A stretch of 57,929 nucleotides of DNA from a virus. This document shows positions 46,611 to 53,713 of this stretch, piece by piece (within the stretch, counting starts at the first letter, position 1; every line of letters starts with the position of its first letter). The stretch spans positions 1 through 57,929 of IMG/VR virus record IMGVR_UViG_3300045988_084596; one strand, given 5' to 3'. Under the pieces are notes generated by a model. That model was not told the origin of the DNA. It worked only from the letters and a program-made list of their open reading frames with translations, and ran no database searches. The position numbers were made by a program, and so were the translations under genes.

Positions 46611-47016
46611 GTATTGAGCGTTTACCGCATACATATCCTATCGGTTCCACTGTTTGGACAAATAAGGGATATGGCACAGTTCTACTTCACATTGGTAAAT
46701 ACCATCTGGTTTGGTTACAGAGATTAGGGCTGGCGTAATGCCGGCCCTATTGATTTTTTCAAAAAAATATATTATAATAATTATAGAAAAATAAAGAAAG
46801 GAGTTTTTCTAATGACCTTAGAAGTGCTGAAAGCACTCGCGGTTATTTTGGAGTTCTGTTTGAACTAGGATTCTTGTAAAAATTGCCCTATGTCTCAGTT
46901 CTGCCAGAAAATGCCTTGCGAGCGGTAAATGTTCCTTCCGATTGTTCTAAATCGGCGATTCCCGTGATGGAGTCGTTTTTCGCACGAGCCTAGGTCACTA
47001 GAATTTATTTATCAAA

Positions 47017-47250
47017 ATGCAAGAAACTACTTTCTCTCGCAAATTAGATTCAAGTGGTAGAATTATGATTCCGATTCGCTTGCGTGAACAAATGGGACTT
47101 ACTTCCGGTTAGGAATACTATTTTACTACTATGGTAAAAGATGGTAGAAAATATATCTGTATTGACTGCGGATCGGTTGATTCCTCGCTTGAAGAAGCTA
47201 TGAAAATTATCCAAGCAAACGGATTAAAGATTGTTGAAAATGCCGATTGA
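47017..47250 (+). CDS. AbrB/SpoVT-like swapped-hairpin DNA-binding protein (77 aa) with one in-frame TAG at 47110
   Basis: KLDSSGRIMIPIRLREQMGLTSG(TAG)EYYFTTMVKDGRKYICI resembles the AbrB N-terminal domain (VDELGRVVIPIELRR.LGI...). TGA stop, then a double terminator. Confidence 0.55.
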
Positions 47251-47293
47251 CTTCTCAAAAGAAAGGGAGTTGTTGGTATGCAGAAATTAATGA

Positions 47294-47324
47294 CCTCCTG
47301 AAATTCAGGAGGTTCTTTTTTTAT
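47294..47324 (+). terminator. intrinsic terminator
   Basis: CCTCCTGAAATTCAGGAGG then TTCTTTTTTTAT. Confidence 0.6.
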
Positions 47325-47329
47325 TCGAT

Positions 47330-47368
47330 CGCCCGGCCGTGCACTATAGGCGCGGCCGGAATTTTTTA
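47330..47368 (+). terminator. conserved GC-rich hairpin terminator (family member 2)
   Basis: GCCCGGCCGtgcactataggCGCGGCCGGAATTTTTTAT. Confidence 0.55.
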
Positions 47369-47369
47369 T

Positions 47370-47423
47370 CAAGAGGCAATTTGCACAATTTTCCAGCCGA
47401 AATTTTGTGCAGTTTGCCTCTTG
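47370..47423 (+). promoter_or_regulatory. conserved dyad element (CAAGAGGCAA-TTGCACAATTTT...AATTTTGTGCA-TTGCCTCTTG)
   Basis: Near-perfect 22-bp inverted repeat around a 9-nt centre, located between the terminator pair and the promoter. Paralogous copies at 48263-48310, 49842-49919, 51636-51670 and 45946-45982. Confidence 0.5.
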
Positions 47424-47449
47424 TTTTCTATCCCGAAATCTGATATACT
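47421..47449 (+). promoter_or_regulatory. sigma70-type promoter
   Basis: TTGTTT-17-TATACT with extended TG, preceded by TATCCCGAAA. Confidence 0.45.
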
Positions 47450-47481
47450 TTAATCAACCTAAAGAAAGGAAGTAAATCAAA

Positions 47482-47946
47482 ATGAAAAAGATGCTCTGCT
47501 TTGATATGGATGGAACAATCGCTGACCTGTACGGCGTGGATGATTGGTTAAAAGATTTAATGAATGAAAATCCCTATCCATATACAGTCGCCAAACCTCT
47601 TTGCGATATAGAAGAATTGAATACCGTTCTTAATAAGCTCATTGAGCAGGGCTGGGAAATTCGGGTTATCAGTTGGCTTGCAAAAGACAGTTCTAACTCA
47701 TATAAAACTGCTGTTCGTGACGCAAAGCGCACTTGGCTTGCAAAATACAACTTCCCCGCACATAAAGTCCACCTTGTGGAATATGGCACAACAAAAGCAA
47801 ATTGTGTGCGGAAACACTTTGAGCCGGGAATTAGCAATTTCATTTTGATTGATGATAATAAAAGTGTGCGGGATGGCTGGCATTTAGGGGAAACAATCGA
47901 GCCACATGAAGATTTACCTACGGCCTTATGGCGACTGGTAGAGTAA
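47482..47946 (+). CDS. HAD-superfamily 5'(3')-deoxyribonucleotidase-like protein (154 aa)
   Basis: Motif I MLCFDMDGTIADLYG (DxDGT) is typical of NT5C-type dNMP nucleotidases. RBS GAAAGGAAGTAAATCAAA. Confidence 0.65.
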   Translation: MKKMLCFDMDGTIADLYGVDDWLKDLMNENPYPYTVAKPLCDIEELNTVLNKLIEQGWEIRVISWLAKDSSNSYKTAVRDAKRTWLAKYNFPAHKVHLVEYGTTKANCVRKHFEPGISNFILIDDNKSVRDGWHLGETIEPHEDLPTALWRLVE

Positions 47947-47986
47947 TCCACCAGTCAATCTTAAAATAAGAAAGGAAGTTTTGTAA

Positions 47987-48175
47987 ATGAAGATTAGAAA
48001 GGTTAATAGGCTTATCCTCAGCGAGGAAGAGCGACAAGTATTGAAAAATGCGTCCATTCTCATTGGTCAAATTGATCAGGTTATGGCCGACAATGAAATT
48101 GATGACGATATTTCGCTTGAAGATTTAAGCTATTGGCTTGACGAGATTATCAATAAAGAATATCTTGGATATTAA
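47987..48175 (+). CDS. hypothetical acidic protein (62 aa)
   Basis: RBS AAGAAAGGAAGTTTTGTAA before ATG. Confidence 0.4.
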   Translation: MKIRKVNRLILSEEERQVLKNASILIGQIDQVMADNEIDDDISLEDLSYWLDEIINKEYLGY

Positions 48176-48199
48176 GAGGGCTTCGGCCCTCTTATTTTT
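48175..48199 (+). terminator. intrinsic terminator (UUCG-type tetraloop hairpin)
   Basis: AGAGGGCTTCGGCCCTCT then TATTTTT. Confidence 0.55.
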
Positions 48200-48216
48200 A
48201 CTCTTTAATATCGTTT

Positions 48217-48262
48217 GGGCGGCTCGCTGGCGCACGCGGCGAGCCGAGTTTTTGTTTTTGTC
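48217..48262 (+). terminator. conserved GC-rich hairpin terminator (family member 3)
   Basis: GGGCGGCTCGCtggcgcacgcGGCGAGCCGAGTTTTTGTTTTTG. Confidence 0.55.
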
Positions 48263-48307
48263 GATGTTGCACAATTTTGGCTTGCAAATTTTGTGCAATT
48301 TGCCATC

Positions 48308-48336
48308 TTGTAATTATCCCGAAAGTATGGTATTAT
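48308..48336 (+). promoter_or_regulatory. sigma70-type promoter
   Basis: TTGTAA-17-TATTAT with extended TG, preceded by TATCCCGAAAG. Confidence 0.45.
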
Positions 48337-48501
48337 ATATTTGTCAAGAGGGGAAGGCCAAGAAATCAAGAGGTCGCGAACTCTTAGAAAGTAAAGGAAG
48401 TAAATTTATATTGTGTCGTAAGTCGAGTGAACGCCGTTAGAATAGGCCGTTCTAATGCCCAGTAGCTTGCAGTAAATCGCAATAAAAATTTCCTTTTCCT
48501 C

Positions 48502-48530
48502 TTGACATCAAGCATGATATGTGCTATAAT
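48502..48530 (+). promoter_or_regulatory. consensus sigma70-type promoter
   Basis: TTGACA-tcaagcatgatatgtgc(17)-TATAAT. Confidence 0.55.
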
Positions 48531-48562
48531 AAACTCAACAAGAGGAAAGGAAGTCAAAGATT

Positions 48563-49354
48563 ATGATTGATAAGCGTAGACACTATGTTTTGGTGGTTGA
48601 TACTGAAACTGCTAACACACTGACTGAAACTGACGAAAACGGCAAAGCCCGCATGGATATGAGTTGCGTTCTTGTCTATGATTGCGGATGGGCGGTAGTG
48701 GATACCAAGGGCAATATTTATGAAACTGCCAGTTTTGTAAATAGGGACATTTTCAACGATGAGCGGGATCTCATGCGGACTGCTTATTATAATTGGAAAA
48801 TTCCCCGCTATATTGAGGAACTGCGGGCCGGCACTCGTAAAATGGCTACCACTTATGAAATCCGCCAAGCTATGCTCAATACCATTGAGCGATACGGCAT
48901 TAAGGAAGTTGCGGCTTATAATGCCAGATTTGACGATAATGCCTTGAGAGTTACACAACGATGGGTCACTTGCTCCAAGTTCCGCTACTGGTTCCCGTTT
49001 GATAGTGTGGAAATCTGGGACATTATGAAGATGACACAGGATGTTATCTGCAATATGCCCACTTATAAGAAATTCTGTCAGGAAAACGGATATGTCCAGG
49101 CCAATGGCGTTCCTCGTAAGACTGCGGAAATCGTGTGGCGGTTTATTTCTGGCAATACCGATTTTGAAGAAAGTCATACGGGGCTTGAGGATGTTCTCAT
49201 TGAGGCGGAAATCATGTGGTATTGTATGCGTCAGCATAAGCCCATGAGAAAGGCCCTGTATGAGAATAAGAGAGAGTTTCCACCTATGACAGATTTTCAG
49301 CGTCAACTTTCCGCAAGTATGCGTTCAATTCCAACTATCCGGGTAGGGGCTTAA
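48563..49354 (+). CDS. DEDDh-family 3'-5' exonuclease (DnaQ-like), 263 aa
   Basis: Exo I motif VVDTETAN, Exo II motif AYNARFD, Exo III motif HTGLEDVLIEAE (H...D). RBS AGAGGAAAGGAAGTCAAAG. Confidence 0.6.
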   Translation: MIDKRRHYVLVVDTETANTLTETDENGKARMDMSCVLVYDCGWAVVDTKGNIYETASFVNRDIFNDERDLMRTAYYNWKIPRYIEELRAGTRKMATTYEIRQAMLNTIERYGIKEVAAYNARFDDNALRVTQRWVTCSKFRYWFPFDSVEIWDIMKMTQDVICNMPTYKKFCQENGYVQANGVPRKTAEIVWRFISGNTDFEESHTGLEDVLIEAEIMWYCMRQHKPMRKALYENKREFPPMTDFQRQLSASMRSIPTIRVGA

Positions 49355-49381
49355 AGCCCCGCCCGACAGAAAGGAAATAAT

Positions 49382-49573
49382 ATGTCTCAAGTTCATTGTA
49401 TGCGGTGGAGTTGCCCGCATTATGCCGAGGAAGGCATGGACCCAGAACAAATCTATGATACTATCTGCCCAGATTTTGACACGGAATCACTTTGTTGCTC
49501 TTTGGGTGAGCCATGGTTCGACTGTGACGAATATCAGAGACAATATGGAGTTGATGATTTCGAGGAGGAATAA
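49382..49573 (+). CDS. small acidic Cys-rich protein (63 aa)
   Basis: RBS AGAAAGGAAATAAT before ATG. Confidence 0.35.
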   Translation: MSQVHCMRWSCPHYAEEGMDPEQIYDTICPDFDTESLCCSLGEPWFDCDEYQRQYGVDDFEEE

Positions 49574-49574
49574 A

Positions 49575-49757
49575 ATGGTAACAAAAACTGTATATACCTC
49601 TTCTCTGTGCGCAGATGCCGTTTATATGGCAATTCAAATTATTGAGCGTATGGGATGGTGTCATGATGATATTGACGAAGATGGAAATATGCTGGTAAAT
49701 GTTCCCATTGAGGATGAACACCTGTTTGATTTTCTGGATAACTGTATTTTCTGTTAA
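49575..49757 (+). CDS. small hypothetical protein (60 aa)
   Basis: RBS GAGGAGGAATAAA before ATG at 49575. The track's longer 49422 ORF shares the 3' part. Confidence 0.3.
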   Translation: MVTKTVYTSSLCADAVYMAIQIIERMGWCHDDIDEDGNMLVNVPIEDEHLFDFLDNCIFC

Positions 49758-49786
49758 GAAGGGCTTCGGCCCTTCTTTTTTTATAC
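49758..49786 (+). terminator. intrinsic terminator (UUCG tetraloop hairpin)
   Basis: GAAGGGCTTCGGCCCTTC then TTTTTTTAT. Confidence 0.55.
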
Positions 49787-49792
49787 AAAATT

Positions 49793-49832
49793 TGAGCGGG
49801 TCGCGCAGGAACGGCGCGACCCGAGTTTTTCT
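49793..49832 (+). terminator. conserved GC-rich hairpin terminator (family member 4)
   Basis: GAGCGGGTCGCGCaggaacgGCGCGACCCGAGTTTTTC. Confidence 0.55.
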
Positions 49833-50027
49833 TTGTAAATGTTGCACAAAAATTTCAGCTCCGTTTTGTGTAAAATTCTGCACAAAAACTTTCTCCCAAA
49901 ATTCAGATTTTTTGTGCAATTTGACGCTTGCAATCTGCTTTTGCTTGTGGTAAAATACATTCAGAAAGTGAGAGAGACGAACGGCAGACAGCGACAGCGA
50001 ATTTCTCAAAAATCTTTCAAGAATCTC

Positions 50028-50056
50028 TTGACAAGCCTTTGAAGATGTGCTATAAT
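50028..50056 (+). promoter_or_regulatory. consensus sigma70-type promoter P1 of a triple tandem array
   Basis: TTGACA-agcctttgaagatgtgc(17)-TATAAT. Confidence 0.55.
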
Positions 50057-50105
50057 AAGTACAGAAAACAAGGCAAGGAACCTTGAAAAGTGAATAAAAA
50101 AGGGC

Positions 50106-50134
50106 TTGACAAACTCTCCAAAGTGTGTTACACT
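50106..50134 (+). promoter_or_regulatory. sigma70-type promoter P2
   Basis: TTGACA-aactctccaaagtgtgt(17)-TACACT. Confidence 0.45.
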
Positions 50135-50200
50135 ATAAGGGAGGTTGAGAGGGCAAACAAGTAAAGAGCAAAAGTTCTTGAAAAAAGTTTGAAAAACCTC

Positions 50201-50229
50201 TTGACAAACTCCCGATAGTGTGGTACAAT
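50201..50229 (+). promoter_or_regulatory. sigma70-type promoter P3
   Basis: TTGACA-aactcccgatagtgtgg(17)-TACAAT with extended TG. Confidence 0.5.
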
Positions 50230-50278
50230 ATAATCAAAGGACAAGGACAGTCCTAAAAACCAGAAAGGATGTATTACC

Positions 50279-50680
50279 ATGAGCGAGAAGAAAATCCGTA
50301 TCACTAAGGCCCAGCGTTTCGAGGACATTAAGGCCCTCTTGGCTGGTGATGAGGTGAAGCATGGCACAACCATGGAGATTGCCATGACCGTCATTGACCA
50401 TGAGCTGGAGCTGTTGCGGAAGAAGAATAGCTCCGGCGGTGACAAGAAGCTGACCTCGACCCAGCAGGAGAACGAAAACTTTAAGGAGCAGATTATGGAG
50501 TATCTGGCTGGTCTGGACGCCGATACCGATGGCGTGACCTGCACGGAAATTTTTAAGGCTATTCCTGATCTGACGGCCTATTCTAACCAGAAGGTCGCCG
50601 CTCTTGTGCGGCAGTTGAAACTCGATGGTCGAGTAGTCTGCACGGAGAAGAAGGGCAAGTCCCTCTTTAAGATGGCGTAA
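50279..50680 (+). CDS. hypothetical protein (133 aa), compositionally atypical (GC-rich codons), possible winged-helix C-terminus
   Basis: RBS AGAAAGGATGTATTACC. Codon usage (CTG, GAG, AAG, GCC) differs visibly from the rest of the window. Followed by hairpin GGGCGGGGtgaaaatCCCCGCCC. Confidence 0.45.
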   Translation: MSEKKIRITKAQRFEDIKALLAGDEVKHGTTMEIAMTVIDHELELLRKKNSSGGDKKLTSTQQENENFKEQIMEYLAGLDADTDGVTCTEIFKAIPDLTAYSNQKVAALVRQLKLDGRVVCTEKKGKSLFKMA

Positions 50681-50818
50681 CCCCGTATAGGGCGGGGTGA
50701 AAATCCCCGCCCTAACTTATAATATGGGGGTGATATTATATCCAGTCGCATTAGTGACGCTGAACGGATTGCAAGGTATAAAGCCCTGCAATTAACGCCG
50801 GAAGAGGAGGCAGATTTA

Positions 50819-51136
50819 TTGGCCTATGATAAGGCGGTAGAGGCTGATAAAAAGACTGAATACGATTTATCGCCAGAAAAGGCGAAAATCGCTCAAAAGT
50901 TTGCCCATGCTGGAACGCGCAAACAGCCAACCGCATATAAGTTCACTACACGGCAACGCAAGCCAAACGCCACGAAAGGCGGTATAATTGCGGAATTGGC
51001 AGAGTTTTTGGAAAAAAACAGTCAATTCTCTATCGCTGACTTGTCTATTACTAACAAGGAAAGACAGATTGCGTTTTCTATTGGTGGGGATAGTTTCGAG
51101 TTGACGCTTGTGCAAAAGCGTAAGCCGAAGAAATAA
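50819..51136 (+). CDS. hypothetical basic protein (about 105 aa); start uncertain
   Basis: TTG at 50819 from the track. The frame is open back to 50723 with no ATG. Followed by hairpin CGGGGTAGGgtcggCCTACCCCG. Confidence 0.3.
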   Translation: MAYDKAVEADKKTEYDLSPEKAKIAQKFAHAGTRKQPTAYKFTTRQRKPNATKGGIIAELAEFLEKNSQFSIADLSITNKERQIAFSIGGDSFELTLVQKRKPKK

Positions 51137-51192
51137 CGGGGTAGGGTCGGCCTACCCCGGCCCTACCAGAAAAGAGGCAAGTTATAGTTAGT

Positions 51193-51543
51193 TTGCAGAC
51201 AAGGGGAAAAGAGTTCCTATATGTCGGACATTATATCGACAAAAAGGGGCGCTATATTCTCAAGATTGGTACGACAAATGACCTTGAACGCAGAGCCGCA
51301 GAGCATACGAGAAATTATAAGCGGGCGCCAGATTACACCATGCCGGAAGATGGTTCCTTTATCTATGATTGGCATATCAAACTTTCCAAGTATAATACCC
51401 TACGATACGAGGATGTAAACCGGACTTTGTGGCAGAATATGGGAATTGGTCGTTTTATCAGAAATGACCGTTTCTTGTGCGACACTCCCCCGGCCATGGT
51501 TACGGTGGTTATTCGCAAGGCATATCCAATAATTCTCAACTAA
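51193..51543 (+). CDS. GIY-YIG-like nuclease domain protein (116 aa)
   Basis: FLYVGHYIDKKGRYILKIGTTNDLERRAAEHTRNY resembles the GIY...YIG...R...E catalytic core. Confidence 0.45.
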   Translation: MQTRGKEFLYVGHYIDKKGRYILKIGTTNDLERRAAEHTRNYKRAPDYTMPEDGSFIYDWHIKLSKYNTLRYEDVNRTLWQNMGIGRFIRNDRFLCDTPPAMVTVVIRKAYPIILN

Positions 51544-51548
51544 AGAAA

Positions 51549-51577
51549 AATCTCCCCTTATGGGGAGATTTTTTTTA
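51549..51577 (+). terminator. intrinsic terminator
   Basis: ATCTCCCCttatGGGGAGAT then TTTTTTTT. Confidence 0.6.
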
Positions 51578-51587
51578 CGCAAAATTT

Positions 51588-51628
51588 TGGGCGGACCGCT
51601 TGCGTGCGCCGCGGTCCGATTTTTTCTT
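51588..51628 (+). terminator. conserved GC-rich hairpin terminator (family member 5)
   Basis: GGGCGGACCGCttgcgtgcGCCGCGGTCCGATTTTTTC. Confidence 0.55.
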
Positions 51629-51679
51629 CTATTGTCATTTTCAACAATTTTGAATTGAAAATCTGTGCAACTTGACAGC

Positions 51680-51708
51680 TTGACTTTCTCCCAAAAATGT
51701 GGTATCAT
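51680..51708 (+). promoter_or_regulatory. sigma70-type promoter
   Basis: TTGACT-17-TATCAT with extended TG, preceded by TTTCTCCCAAAAA. Confidence 0.45.
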
Positions 51709-51734
51709 TTAACCATGGAAAGGAGATAAAAGAA

Positions 51735-52187
51735 ATGGAAAGTCTGAAACAATTTCGTGTTAATTTTCAAGTTACCTTTTGGTGTGAAGGTCGCAAGGGT
51801 ATTTTCTCTAAGAAGCCTTATAAATTTACGGTATCATTTTGTGATGATATTATACTTTCTACCTTTTTAATCAATGCTCGAACCGAAAAAGAAGCGGTTA
51901 AAACGGGGAAAAACTATGTTGAAAATATAGTTCAATGTTGGGTTGAACAGTCAGAAGAAAATCAAGCCACAGGCGAATATATGATTTTAACTGGAAATAT
52001 GGCTGATACAAAAAGATTTGAGTGGTCGCCTAAAATCTACGCCATTACCGGGTATGAAATTAAATTTATTTCTTGTGAAATGGTTTGCGACTGGGCAAAA
52101 GAAAGGGTCGAGAGAGCGGCAAGAGAACTGACTATGGAGCAATTTAAGCAAGTTTTTAGTGAAATTCCGGCTGAGATTTTTCATTAA
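51735..52187 (+). CDS. hypothetical protein (150 aa)
   Basis: RBS AAAGGAGATAAAAGAA before ATG at 51735. Confidence 0.4.
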   Translation: MESLKQFRVNFQVTFWCEGRKGIFSKKPYKFTVSFCDDIILSTFLINARTEKEAVKTGKNYVENIVQCWVEQSEENQATGEYMILTGNMADTKRFEWSPKIYAITGYEIKFISCEMVCDWAKERVERAARELTMEQFKQVFSEIPAEIFH

Positions 52188-52204
52188 AGAAAGGAGATTT
52201 TTAG

Positions 52205-52456
52205 ATGGTTGATATTGATTTCAACAAACTGAATGACGAGGAGTTGCAATGGTTGAGTGCTACAGCCTATAAAGAAGTGGCACTTAGAAAACAAAAAGCG
52301 CGAGAGAAAGATTGGAATAGTCTAATCGAAGAGATAGACGAGTATTGTAAAAAGTATGGAGAAATAACTATCGTTGAATATGGAGATAAATTTGTTCTTG
52401 AATTTCCGATACGGTGTAACTGTATAGGAGAAATCAATTTAGAAAACGAGGATTAA
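52205..52456 (+). CDS. hypothetical protein (83 aa)
   Basis: RBS AAAGGAGATTTTTAG before ATG. Confidence 0.4.
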   Translation: MVDIDFNKLNDEELQWLSATAYKEVALRKQKAREKDWNSLIEEIDEYCKKYGEITIVEYGDKFVLEFPIRCNCIGEINLENED

Positions 52457-52458
52457 GA

Positions 52459-52486
52459 AAAGAGAGGCTTCGGCCTCTCTTTTATT
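52459..52486 (+). terminator. intrinsic terminator (UUCG tetraloop hairpin)
   Basis: AAGAGAGGCTTCGGCCTCTCTT then TTATTT. Confidence 0.5.
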
Positions 52487-52502
52487 TCATATTTCCTAAA
52501 CT

Positions 52503-52541
52503 CGACGGGCCGATCGCGGGCGACTCGGCCCGAGTTTCCCC
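52503..52541 (+). repeat. GC-rich hairpin family member 6 (no T-run)
   Basis: CGACGGGCCGatcgcgggcgactCGGCCCGAG has the same architecture as the five terminator hairpins but ends in TTTCCCC. Confidence 0.4.
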
Positions 52542-53269
52542 GATCGGACCATAGCGCAAAATTTTCATAGCAACTTGGCCATAACGCAACTTCATAGCGA
52601 TTTTCCCAAAATTCATAACGCCCTCTTCCAAACACCGATCGGCCCTACTTTACTTCTTCCTTTATCTAGTTCCGATCGGTTCAGCAATATTGGCTCTCTC
52701 GTCCAATTTTTTATAATAAAAATCTTAAAATTGTCAAGTATTCACAGTACCAAAACTTTCTAAAATACAACTAGCAATAGCAAAGATATAGCTATGAAAA
52801 ACAAATACGACCAGAGATTTCTTTCGCGGAGCCGATCGGTTTAACACGATTTTATGATAAAAATAGCTTAAAAATAGAGATTTTAGCTAGATAAACCGAT
52901 CGGCCCGCAATCTTTTACCTTTTGTTATCGCAAAATATAACAAAAAACCTCTAAAATCTTGCAAAAATGCGCGTTTTTCTAACAAATTTACTTAAAAATA
53001 AGTAAAAAATGCCTCGTTTTTCTCAAAATTTCTTGATATTCACAGAATTAAAACCATTAAAGATACAGCAAACAATAGCAAAGATGTTGCTAACTATTTG
53101 AAAAGGAAAAATCTTTTCCGCGGGATTCCATTAAAGCGATCTTTTTATCTAGACCCGATCGGTTCGACAATATATAAAAAATATAATATAATATATACAT
53201 AAGATAAAGAAAAGGAGGATTTTAGTTTAAGAAGCATCATAACGCTTTTTCTAACTAAAAGAACTTATT

Positions 53270-53713
53270 ATGAATAGTTATGAGATTATGATTCGTGATG
53301 CAATGCAGAATGGTTCTACTCAGGAGGAGATTGCAAAGGCATTTACCGATGCTATGAATAGAATCTCCGAGGCTAACGCCGCAGACCGTGAACGCGATAT
53401 TCTTCTGGATGAGATTGAGTCTACTTTTTATGGCAATGTTGATGATTTGTCTCTCACTGAGGATGACGTTGGTCGTGTAGCTGCGCTGGTTTATAGCAAG
53501 AGCAATCCTAAGTGGACAGCAAATGATATTAAGCAGTTTATGCAGGCTATGACTGTAACTGCTAAGACTTCCGCTCGAGTAGTCAATGCAAAGAGTCTTG
53601 ATGAAGTAATTGACATTGCTGTTGACTCTATTTCTGATGCTCTCGCAGGTAGTATGAATAAGGCTAAGACTGATGAGGACAATATCATGGAGTTTTTGAG
53701 ACATTTGAAGTAA
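53270..53713 (+). CDS. hypothetical acidic protein (147 aa)
   Basis: Protein-like composition on the plus strand; the antisense ORF 53255-53722 is low-complexity. Weak RBS; followed by terminator GGAGAGAAGtattgtaGCTTCTCTCC plus a T-run. Confidence 0.4.
   Translation: MNSYEIMIRDAMQNGSTQEEIAKAFTDAMNRISEANAADRERDILLDEIESTFYGNVDDLSLTEDDVGRVAALVYSKSNPKWTANDIKQFMQAMTVTAKTSARVVNAKSLDEVIDIAVDSISDALAGSMNKAKTDEDNIMEFLRHLK

Larger units (their letters stand above)
52457..53269. repeat. ~800-bp AT-rich non-coding region with CCGATCGG palindromes and two ~130-bp imperfect direct repeats; putative replication origin or regulatory hub
   Basis: Perfect CCGATCGG at 52539, 52635, 52672, 52832, 52896 and 53155, with one more at 53842 and a variant CCGATCGC at 52511. 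Direct repeats around 52725-52850 and 53020-53165 share ATTCACAG...CAATAGCAAAGAT...TTTCSGCGG...CCGATCGGTT. No credible ORF. Confidence 0.5.

Noticed and set aside
46940-46975. Possible anticodon stem-loop CCGAT-tgTTCTAAa-ATCGG (CUA anticodon), which could be part of an amber-suppressor tRNA
   Set aside because: The loop is 8 nt rather than 7. No acceptor, D or T arms (no GGTTCGAAT-like T-loop) can be built from the flanks, and the region is better explained as the leader of the AbrB-like gene. A formal tRNA scan is still worthwhile.
48554-49306. 250-aa minus-strand ORF; other antisense ORFs at 49461-50009, 50128-50544, 50867-51115, 51400-51708 and 53255-53722
   Set aside because: They run antisense to plus-strand genes that have recognisable catalytic motifs (the DEDDh exonuclease) or good RBS. 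They have low-complexity sequence and sit in the GC-richer region, where long antisense ORFs arise by chance.
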